A stretch of 64,000 nt of DNA, from NCBI GenBank assembly GCA_045643205.1, contig JAZUKI010000010.1:96001-160000 (forward strand). The letters run 5' to 3'. Source of the stretch: Clostridia bacterium (GTDB lineage: Bacteria; Bacillota; Clostridia; TANB77; CAG-508). A program made the position numbers and the translations under genes. How positions within the stretch are numbered: position 1 is the first letter of the stretch; the number at the start of each line of letters is the position of its first letter. Shown here in pieces: positions 42,703 through 51,008 of this stretch. The notes below the pieces were generated by a model. It was given only the letters and a program-made list of their open reading frames with translations, did no database searches and had not been told where the DNA came from.

Positions 42703-43248
42703 ATGGATATTAATATTAATCAATTAATTCAGAAAGACAAAACTTTTTCTGATTCAGAATTTAAATCAAAAGTAGAAAATCAATTTATGCAAATATTTCT
42801 TGCTATTACAACTGGAAAGATTGAAAGAGTTAAACATTTTGTAAATGAAGAAACATATAATCAATTAGAAATGATAGTTAAATCAAATGAAGCAAATAAT
42901 GTAATTCATTTTTATGAAGAACCTAATGTTAGTAATATATGTATAAATAGAATTATAGAAGAAGAGGAAGATTTTATTATTGAAACAACTTTATTATTTA
43001 AAGCATATGATTATTTTGCTAGAAAGAGTGATTTTAAATTTATTTCTGGAGTTAAAGATTATAGAAAAGAAACAGTACGTAGAGTAATTTTTAAAAAATA
43101 TAAGAATGCAAAAGAGTTTGGTATTCAAAGAAAATGTCCTTCATGTGGAAATACTATGGATACTAACTATTCTGGATTATGCCCATATTGCAATACTACA
43201 TTTAATCTATATGCATATGATTGGGTAATAATTTATTTAGATTTATAA
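42703..43248 (+). CDS. Soluble Tim44-like domain protein with inserted zinc ribbon
   Basis: DKTFSDSEFKSKV..., CPSCG-x10-CPYC, YDWVI. Confidence 0.75.
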   Translation: MDININQLIQKDKTFSDSEFKSKVENQFMQIFLAITTGKIERVKHFVNEETYNQLEMIVKSNEANNVIHFYEEPNVSNICINRIIEEEEDFIIETTLLFKAYDYFARKSDFKFISGVKDYRKETVRRVIFKKYKNAKEFGIQRKCPSCGNTMDTNYSGLCPYCNTTFNLYAYDWVIIYLDL

Positions 43249-43367
43249 AAATTATTTAAATAATTTGAACTTAACTAATTTAAATTTAAATTAATTTTTG
43301 TTTAAATTAATTTTGATTTATAAGTAGGTTTGATTCAAATAGTTTTGAATTTGTAAGGAGATAATAA

Positions 43368-44284
43368 ATGAATAAAAATTTGAAAAGGCATTAAAATTTG
43401 TTAAAATATGGACAATAATAATGACATTCATAGTTGCAATATTTTGTTTCTTTGCTATAAGCGATGATAAACCTACAGTTGCAGATACAGGATTTAGTAC
43501 ATCACATAGTGGTGGAGGAGATTCATCAAGTTCAAGTGATTCAAGCAGTTATAGTTCAAGCAGCTCAAGTTCTTCTAGCTCATTAAGCAAATCTAGTTCT
43601 AGTAGAAAACTAACAAAAGAAGAAGGAATTATAATCTGTATAGCAATGGCAGCTATCTGGATAGGTCCTATTATAAGCACAATAATTTCTAATATAATTA
43701 GAAATACAAGAACTAAAATTAAAAACAAGAGAATGAGCGAAAGCGCAGAAAAATTAATAAAACAATACATTCTAGATTTTGATAAAAAACAATTTTTACA
43801 ATTACAATTTGATAATTACTGTAAAATGCAAACTGCATGGATGAACTTTAAAATGGAAGATGTTAAAGAATTAATATCTGATGAATTATATACAATGTGG
43901 TGTTCACAACTTGATACACTTGAATTAAAGAATGAACAAAATATTATGAAATCATTCAAATATGTATATGGTAATTTAACAGATGCATCAATTGAAAATG
44001 GTAATTTAACAGTAACTACAGATTACAAAATAAAAGCTCGTGATTATATTGTTAGAAAAGGAACAAACAAACTTATTAGAGGTTCTAAATCATTAATGGA
44101 AATTCATTATGAAATGAAATTTAGAATTTCGGTTGACCATATTAATACAATTGATAAGTGTCCAAGTTGCGGCAACGTAATTACAAACAATACATCAAAT
44201 ATTTGTCCGTTCTGTAGATCACAATTATTTGTTGAACATAAAGATTGGGTATTAACAGAAAAAACATGCCTTGGACAAAAATAA
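43368..44284 (+). pseudogene. Membrane Tim44-like/Zn-ribbon protein, 1 nt short near the start (main ORF 43421-44284)
   Basis: RBS AAGGAG and ATG 43368 are 53 nt from in-frame ATG 43421; a -1 shift restores an N-terminus (..KALKFVKIW) parallel to the paralogue's MKKILKRIFKF. Confidence 0.6.
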
Positions 44285-44390
44285 GGTGTATAATATAAAC
44301 ATATAATTGAGGTGTATATTAAAATGTAAAAATAAAACAAGCAAACAAAAATAAAAAATATAGTAATAAGTATTAAGTAAGGAAAATAAA

Positions 44391-45276
44391 ATGAAAAAGA
44401 TATTAAAAAGAATATTTAAATTTATAGCTATTTTGTTTACATGTTTACTAGTTATAGGATGTATGTTTATCGTCACATCAGATGATAAACCTACATTCGC
44501 AGATACAGGTTTTAGTGGTGGACATAGTAGTGGTGGTTCACATAGCTCACATAGTAGTTCACATGGTGGTTCTGGAGGAGGAACAGGAAATCCCAGTAGC
44601 TGATGCAGTCATAGTAATATTAATACTAACAATGTATGGAGTATTAATATATGTTGGAAATAAAAAGAAAAATAGTCCTCATAGAATAAAGAATATAGAG
44701 GAAGTAAGACAAAAAGATGCAAATGCTGAAAGATTTATTAGACAATACTTACCAAACTTTAATAAATTACAATTCTTAAATGATCAATACAACAATTACT
44801 GCAGAATGCAAGTTGATTGGATGAACTTCAACATGCCAGATATGAAGGAATTAATTACTGATGAATTATATACAATGTGGAGTGCACAATTAGAAACATT
44901 AAAATTAAAAGGCGAACAAAACATAATGGGAACATTTGAATTAGAGTCAGCATACTTAACAGATGCTACACTACAAAATGGCAACCTAACTGTTTCAGTA
45001 TATTATGTAATTAAAACATATGACTATATTGCTGATTTCAATACTAAGAGATTAGTAAGAGGAAACAATAGAGAAAGAATAAGATATGATTATTTAATGA
45101 AATTCAGAATATCATTAGATCATATGAATAATATAGATAAATGTCCAAGTTGTGGAAATGTAATTACAAATAACACATCAAATATTTGTCCATTCTGTAG
45201 ATCACAATTATTTGTAGAACCAAAGAATTGGGTATTAACAGAAAAAACTTGTCTACATCAAGAATACACAAAATAA
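44391..45276 (+). pseudogene. Membrane Tim44-like/Zn-ribbon protein split by a +1 frameshift near 44592
   Basis: ORF 44391-44603 carries DDKPTFADTGFS; removing one C from AATCCCAGTA joins it to ..PVADAVIV.. and the Tim44 frame ending 45276. Confidence 0.75.
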
Positions 45277-45376
45277 CATATACAAAATTAATCATAAGTA
45301 GATGAAAAATAGCAAAAATAAAAAATAAACAGCAATAAAATAATAAAACAAAATAATATAAATTTTAAATTAAATT

Positions 45377-45409
45377 ATTAAACTGCTAGATGTATTCTAG
45401 CAGTTTAAT
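45377..45409. terminator. Perfect 14-bp inverted repeat (terminator or operator) upstream of the CDF gene
   Basis: ATTAAACTGCTAGA-TGTAT-TCTAGCAGTTTAAT. Confidence 0.55.
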
Positions 45410-45434
45410 GCTCATAAAGAAGAGGCATAAAAAT

Positions 45435-46553
45435 ATGAAAAATAACAGAGAAAAAGAAGTAGTAAAAACAAGCATTATAAGTATATTATCTAATTTACTT
45501 TTAGTTGGATTTAAAACTTTTATAGGAATAATTTCAAACTCTATAGCAATTATTTCTGATGCAATTAATAATTTAAGCGATGTTTTATCAAGCATAATAA
45601 CAATAATAGGAACAAAATTAGCAGGAAAAGCACCTGATAAAGAACATCCTTATGGACATGGAAGAATTGAATATACAACAGCATTTATTGTTTCAGCAAT
45701 TGTTTTATATGCAGGTATTACAGCACTTATAGAATCAATTAAAAAACTTATAAATCCAGAACCAGTTGAATATAATGTTTTAACATTAATTGTATTAGTG
45801 ACAAGTATTATTGTAAAATTTGTATTAGGAATATATGTTAAACAAAAGGGTAAAAAAATAAATTCTGATTCATTAGTAGCTAGCGGATCAGATGCTTTTA
45901 ATGATGCACTTCTTTCAATTGCTGTTTTAATTTCAACAATAATTTATATGGTATTTGGATATAGTATTGAAGTTTATATTAGTATTTTACTATCCCTATT
46001 TATTATTAGAACAGGTTTTAAATTAATTAAAGAATCAGTTGACAGCATGGTAGGAACAAGAGTTGAAAGTTCTTTAACAAAGAACATTAAAGAAGAAATT
46101 AATAAATTGCCAGAAGTAAATGGAGTATTTGATTTAATATTAACAGACTATGGACCAGATAAATATTTAGGCTCAGTACATATTGGATTAGATAATGCTT
46201 TATCAGTAGAAGAAGTGGATAAAATTTCTAGAAAAGTTTCAAAAATAATTCTTGAAAAGTATGGAGTACTACTTCATACAATTGGTGTTTACTCAATAAA
46301 TACTAAAGATAAAGAAATAATGAATATACAGCATGATATTAATGATATTGTTTTTGATCATGAAGGAATTTTACAAATGCATGGTTTTTATATTGATAAG
46401 GTTGAAAAAACAATTAGTCTAGATATAATTTTTGATTTTGAACAAAAAGATAGAGAAGAGATTTGCAAACATATACAAAATGATATTCAAAAGAAATATA
46501 AAAACTATACAATAAATGTTACTTTAGATGTAGATATAAATGAACAAATATAA
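45435..46553 (+). CDS. Cation diffusion facilitator family transporter
   Basis: SDAINNLSD, PDKEHPYGHGRIE, six TMs, duplicated C-terminal domain; start moved to 45435. Confidence 0.92.
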   Translation: MKNNREKEVVKTSIISILSNLLLVGFKTFIGIISNSIAIISDAINNLSDVLSSIITIIGTKLAGKAPDKEHPYGHGRIEYTTAFIVSAIVLYAGITALIESIKKLINPEPVEYNVLTLIVLVTSIIVKFVLGIYVKQKGKKINSDSLVASGSDAFNDALLSIAVLISTIIYMVFGYSIEVYISILLSLFIIRTGFKLIKESVDSMVGTRVESSLTKNIKEEINKLPEVNGVFDLILTDYGPDKYLGSVHIGLDNALSVEEVDKISRKVSKIILEKYGVLLHTIGVYSINTKDKEIMNIQHDINDIVFDHEGILQMHGFYIDKVEKTISLDIIFDFEQKDREEICKHIQNDIQKKYKNYTINVTLDVDINEQI

Positions 46554-46653
46554 TATAAAACATAATAATAGTAAAATAATAAAATAGAAAAATAGCAAAT
46601 AAAAATAATTTATAAAAAATAAAAATATAGAATGAAAAAATAGAATAAAGAAT

Positions 46654-46684
46654 AAAGAGTTGTTCTTAAATGAACAACTCTTTT
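46654..46684. terminator. Bidirectional terminator between CDF and tRNA-Trp
   Basis: AAAGAGTTGTTC-loop-GAACAACTCTTT. Confidence 0.75.
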
Positions 46685-46688
46685 AATA

Positions 46689-46763
46689 TGGCAGGGGTAG
46701 TAGGATTCGAACCCACACGCACGGTTTTGGAGACCGGAATGCTACCATTAACATCATACCCCT
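46689..46763 (-). tRNA. trnW: tRNA-Trp (CCA)
   Basis: AGGGGTA TG ATGT TAATGGTA GCAT T CCGGT CTCCAAA ACCGT GCGT GTGGG TTCGAAT CCTAC TACCCCT G CCA cloverleaf with encoded CCA. Confidence 0.97.
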
Positions 46764-46872
46764 ATGTAGTTACGACAATTATTATAATAGCATACTATAT
46801 CAATTTAAGCAAGTAGATTGAAAAAAATAATTGCCTATGATACTATGAATGCGTTACTTAAAGGAGTTATTC

Positions 46873-47358
46873 ATGGGAAAAGAAAATGAAGAAAAATGTA
46901 TAGAATCAAATTCAAAAAATGATTCTAAAATTAAAAAAATAATAAAAAAAGTTTTTACAAAAGAGATAATGCTTTATTTAGTTTTTGGAGTTTTATCTAC
47001 ATTAATTAATCTTGGCGTAAAAATTGTTTTATTAAGAACTGTTTTAGATTCAAATAATCCATTTCAACTACAAGTTGCAGTATTTATTGCTTGGTTTGTA
47101 GCGGTAATTTTTGCATATATTACTAATAGAAAATTTGTGTTTGAAAGCAAAAATAAAAATAAATTACAAGAATTCTTTAAGTTTTTTGCGGGCAGAATAG
47201 CTACATGGTTATTTGATGCAGGCTTTATGCTAGTATTTGTAACATTACTTCATTTCCCAGATATAATAATGGCTATTATTTCAAATATGTTTGTAATAAT
47301 ATTTAACTATATATTAAGTAAATTATTTGTTTTTAAAAATAATAAAGAAACAAAATAA
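46873..47358 (+). CDS. GtrA family membrane protein
   Basis: YLVFGVLSTLIN, FAYITNRKFVF, FNYILSKLFVF; start moved to 46873. Confidence 0.92.
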   Translation: MGKENEEKCIESNSKNDSKIKKIIKKVFTKEIMLYLVFGVLSTLINLGVKIVLLRTVLDSNNPFQLQVAVFIAWFVAVIFAYITNRKFVFESKNKNKLQEFFKFFAGRIATWLFDAGFMLVFVTLLHFPDIIMAIISNMFVIIFNYILSKLFVFKNNKETK

Positions 47359-47362
47359 CATA

Positions 47363-47391
47363 TTGCCAAAATATTCCAAAAATGATATAAT
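47363..47391 (+). promoter_or_regulatory. Sigma-A promoter of ssrA
   Basis: TTGCCA-N17-TATAAT with TGn. Confidence 0.75.
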
Positions 47392-47406
47392 TTAAATGTT
47401 ATTTAA

Positions 47407-47764
47407 GGGGATGTATTGGCTTCGACAGTAACCCAGAAGTAATTATAGCGAGTAGTGGATGGCTGCTTTGGCCACTTTAAAAAAGCAGAATTAAATATAA
47501 AAGCTGATCGTAAAGAATTAGCATTTGCTGCCTAATTGCAGCATTGTTCTTAGTTTCTAGCCAACTGAGTTATTAAGAGCATCAAATTAAAGTTGGAAAC
47601 AAATCTGTTCTGATCTATTAGAATAGAGGGTATTTTAAGTAGATACTTTAGAAATTTATTTGCTTGTTAATTGTTTCTAAAGGAATTTTTTTAATAAGCT
47701 GCACTCGGAGAAGTAGTTATGGAAAGATTATTGGACGTGGGTTCAACTCCCACCATCTCCACCA
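47407..47764 (+). ncRNA. ssrA: tmRNA; tag (A)ADRKELAFAA at 47503-47535
   Basis: 5' GGGGATGTATTGGCTTCGAC; 3' GACGTGGGTTCAACTCCCACCATCTCCACCA; internal tag ORF ending AA-TAA. Confidence 0.97.
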
Positions 47765-47784
47765 AATTTATATAATAAAAAAAC

Positions 47785-47828
47785 AAAACTGATGTAAGTT
47801 GTAAAACTACATCAGTTTTGCTTTTTTT
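47785..47828. terminator. Terminator after ssrA
   Basis: CAAAACTGATGT...ACATCAGTTTTG plus U run. Confidence 0.75.
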
Positions 47829-47847
47829 CCCTTAGGGGTCAGGAGAG

Positions 47848-48234
47848 CTATAAAATTTTAACACATGGATTTCCTTTTGCTGTTTTTGTCCACGACAGAT
47901 CAGTAGAAGTAATTTCTGCTAGACCTAACCCAATGGATAGAACAAGTAGGTCATCAGCCTCTTTGGGAAGATTGGTCCACTTTTCATAATTTTTTGTATA
48001 AAAAAATTGCGAAAATGAATCACCATCCTTTAAACTATCGGGCAACTTATCGAGAATATCCTTTATAAGATTACGATGCTCTTCAAGTCTCCTTTTGTTT
48101 AAGGAATAGGTGAAAGTGCTCCCAGATACTAATATTTTATTATTAGTATCTGTATCAACATAATCATTGAAAATACATTCCCGAAAGGTTTGACTTACTA
48201 ATGAAGCCATGTTTTCTGATGTTACATGTTGCAT
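47848..48234 (-). CDS. Hypothetical protein, possibly of phage origin
   Basis: RBS AAAGGA; 128 aa; codon use looks different from neighbours. Confidence 0.7.
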   Translation of the reverse strand: MQHVTSENMASLVSQTFRECIFNDYVDTDTNNKILVSGSTFTYSLNKRRLEEHRNLIKDILDKLPDSLKDGDSFSQFFYTKNYEKWTNLPKEADDLLVLSIGLGLAEITSTDLSWTKTAKGNPCVKIL

Positions 48235-48441
48235 ATGGCTTTCCTTTCATACTAAACTAAATTATCAGTTCAGTATTTTGTACACTTTTTATAGTTCGCT
48301 GCACACACGAATAATTATGGAAAAATCATATCATAGTTTACATAAAAATGCAATTTATATTATAAAATATAAATTTAAATTTTATATAGTATTTCATATT
48401 TTACTATGATATTATAAGCACGATTTTAGGAATGGAGGAAT

Positions 48442-49692
48442 ATGATGTTAGAATTTAATAATTTAAAAAATGTTGATCCTGAAATTTATGAGGCAATTAC
48501 AAAAGAAAAGAAAAGACAACAAGACAATCTTGAAATGATTGCAAGTGAAAACTTTACAAGTGAAGCAGTTATGGAAGCTATGGGTTCATACATGACAAAC
48601 AAATACGCTGAAGGTTATCCTGGAAACAGATATTATGCAGGATGTCAAAACGTAGATATATCTGAATCAATAGCAATTGAAAGACTTAAAAAACTTTTTG
48701 GAGCAGAGCATGCAAATGTTCAACCACATAGTGGAGCCCAAGCAAATGAAGCTGTTTATACAGCATGTTTACAACCAGGAGATAAAGTTTTAACACTAAC
48801 ATTAAATTCAGGAGGACATATTTCTCATATGTCTAAAGCAACAGCTCAATCAAGATTTTATGAGGCAATTTATTATGATGTAAATCCAGAAACATATTTA
48901 ATTGATTATGATGAAGTTGAAAGACTTGCTTTAGAAAACAAACCTAAGTTAATTATTACTGGTGCAAGTGCATATCCTAGAGCTATTGATTTTAAACGCT
49001 TTAGAGAAATTGCAGATAAATGTGGAGCATTATTAATGGTTGATATGGCTCATATTGCTGGATTAGTAGCAGCAGGAGTACATCCAAATCCAGTTCCATA
49101 TGCAGATTTTGTAACAAGTACAACACATAAAACTTTAAGAGGACCTCGTGGTGGAATTATTCTTTGTAAAGAAGAATGGGCTCATCAAATTGATTTAGCT
49201 GTTTTCCCAAGAACACAAGGTGGACCATTAGAACATGTTATTGCAGCAAAAGCTGTAGCATTTAAAGAAGCATTATCTCCAGAATTTAAAAAATATCAAG
49301 AGCAAGTTGTAGCTAATGCTAAAGCTTTAGCTGAAAGATTAGTTGAAAATGGATTTAATGTTTTAACAGGTGGAACAGATAACCATTTAGTATTATTAGA
49401 TTTAAGAAATAAAGGAATAACAGGAAAAGATTTAGAAACAAGATTAGATAGTGTAAGAATTACAACAAATAAAAATGCAGTTCCTTTTGATACAGAAAAC
49501 AAAAAGACAACTTCTGGTTTAAGACTTGGAACACCAGCTTTAACAACTAGAGGAATGAAAGAAGAACAAATGACTAAAATTGCAGATTTAATAAAACTTT
49601 GTGCTGATTCTGAAGAAGAATTCGAGAGCAATAAAGATGCAATAATTGAAGAGGTGGATAAACTTACAAAAGAATTTCCATTATATAAATAA
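48442..49692 (+). CDS. glyA: Serine hydroxymethyltransferase
   Basis: [38 protein letters not shown]. Confidence 0.98.
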   Translation: MMLEFNNLKNVDPEIYEAITKEKKRQQDNLEMIASENFTSEAVMEAMGSYMTNKYAEGYPGNRYYAGCQNVDISESIAIERLKKLFGAEHANVQPHSGAQANEAVYTACLQPGDKVLTLTLNSGGHISHMSKATAQSRFYEAIYYDVNPETYLIDYDEVERLALENKPKLIITGASAYPRAIDFKRFREIADKCGALLMVDMAHIAGLVAAGVHPNPVPYADFVTSTTHKTLRGPRGGIILCKEEWAHQIDLAVFPRTQGGPLEHVIAAKAVAFKEALSPEFKKYQEQVVANAKALAERLVENGFNVLTGGTDNHLVLLDLRNKGITGKDLETRLDSVRITTNKNAVPFDTENKKTTSGLRLGTPALTTRGMKEEQMTKIADLIKLCADSEEEFESNKDAIIEEVDKLTKEFPLYK

Positions 49693-49716
49693 AATGTATT
49701 TTTAATAGGAGGACTT

Positions 49717-50859
49717 ATGAAAATAAAAGTAATTGCTTCTACAAAAGTAGGATATGAATTACCTAAAAAAGAAGCTGTTGATTTTTCAGGAAAATCAGCT
49801 GGAATTTGTTATTTACCAGATACATTAGAAACTTTATTTAATGAACCAATTGAAAAGACTGAAAAAAGAGCTAATATGAATATTAAATCAGGACATCATA
49901 GTGTTTTTGCACATGCAGTTTATAACTTAAGCTTTGAAGGCATTCCAAAGATATTAGCAATGATTTTAAATAATGAAAAAGTTTATAATACATCTGAAAA
50001 GTCAGGAAGATATACAGTAATGGAGACTACAGATGAAGAACAAGTTCTTTATGAGAAATGGATTGAAATTTTTATGAAAAGAATTTCTGAAGAGTATCCT
50101 AGTTTTGATGAAAAGAAAGTAAGAAAATTAGCACAAGAAAATGCAAGATATTTAATATCAGTTTTCACTCCTGCTACTGTAATGGAGTATTCAACAAATT
50201 TTTGCCAATTAAATTATATTATCAATTTTGCAAAAGATTATATTGAATTTGAACCTGATAATAAGTTTTCAATAAAGTTAAAGGCAGTGTTAAAAGAGTT
50301 TATTGAAGCAATGCCTGATCTAGAAGTTGAAGGATTAAATGCAAGATTTAAAAATAGAAAATTTTCAATGTTTGCAACTAGAGAAAGAAAAGAAGAATTT
50401 GGTGAAAATTATTGTATAAATTATAAAGCTACTTTCCCTGGATTTGGACAAGCTCAAAGACACAGAACTTTAATTTATGAAATGAGTCTTTTAGACAAAA
50501 ATGAATTTTATGTTCCTGAAATAATAAAAAATACTGAGTATGAAGAAGAATGGTTAAAAGACATTACTTCATTAGAAGATAACTTTCCACAAGGAATGTT
50601 GATAAATGTAAATGAAAGAGGAACAATTGAAAACTTTGTTCTTAAATGCCAAGAAAGACTTTGTGGTGCAGCTCAAATTGAAATAATGGAACAAACAAAA
50701 GATACAATGAAAAGATATATGGAAGCAGTTAAAGATGATGAAACTTTATATAACTATTTATTACCATATAGTAAGGGAGCAAGATGTACATTCCCAGGAT
50801 TCACTTGTACAGCACCATGCATTTTCGGACCAAAGAATGCAATGGATAGAAAAATTTAA
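49717..50859 (+). CDS. thyX: FAD-dependent thymidylate synthase, long form
   Basis: SGHHSVFAH, SEKSGRY, ENARY, QAQRHRT, RLCGAAQIEI; follows glyA. Confidence 0.8.
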   Translation: MKIKVIASTKVGYELPKKEAVDFSGKSAGICYLPDTLETLFNEPIEKTEKRANMNIKSGHHSVFAHAVYNLSFEGIPKILAMILNNEKVYNTSEKSGRYTVMETTDEEQVLYEKWIEIFMKRISEEYPSFDEKKVRKLAQENARYLISVFTPATVMEYSTNFCQLNYIINFAKDYIEFEPDNKFSIKLKAVLKEFIEAMPDLEVEGLNARFKNRKFSMFATRERKEEFGENYCINYKATFPGFGQAQRHRTLIYEMSLLDKNEFYVPEIIKNTEYEEEWLKDITSLEDNFPQGMLINVNERGTIENFVLKCQERLCGAAQIEIMEQTKDTMKRYMEAVKDDETLYNYLLPYSKGARCTFPGFTCTAPCIFGPKNAMDRKI

Positions 50860-50894
50860 AAAAATAAATATCACCGGCATAGCCAAAAGTTTAT

Positions 50895-50940
50895 AAATAA
50901 AAACATCAGTTATATAATTGACTGATGTTTTTTTATTTAT
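50895..50940 (+). terminator. Terminator after thyX
   Basis: AAAAACATCAGTTA...TGACTGATGTTTTT. Confidence 0.7.
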
Positions 50941-51008
50941 AGATAGCATTTAATAATTTGTTATGTTATTATTATTGTGTATAAGTTTTTTTACGAAAGA
51001 GGGTTTAT

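Noticed and set aside
44601-44663. Sec or Trp read-through of the TGA at 44601
   Set aside because: That frame stops at TAA about 20 codons later and never reaches the Tim44 domain; a +1 shift is needed
44150-45250. Diversity-generating retroelement TR/VR pair in the near-identical 3' ends of the Tim44 genes
   Set aside because: Differences are mostly synonymous and not adenine-specific; no reverse transcriptase
47764-48440. Prophage or genomic island integrated at ssrA or tRNA-Trp
   Set aside because: No integrase and no duplicated 3' end seen
48330-48441. ZTP or THF riboswitch before glyA
   Set aside because: Nearly pure AT, promoter-like sequence close to the start, no aptamer motifs
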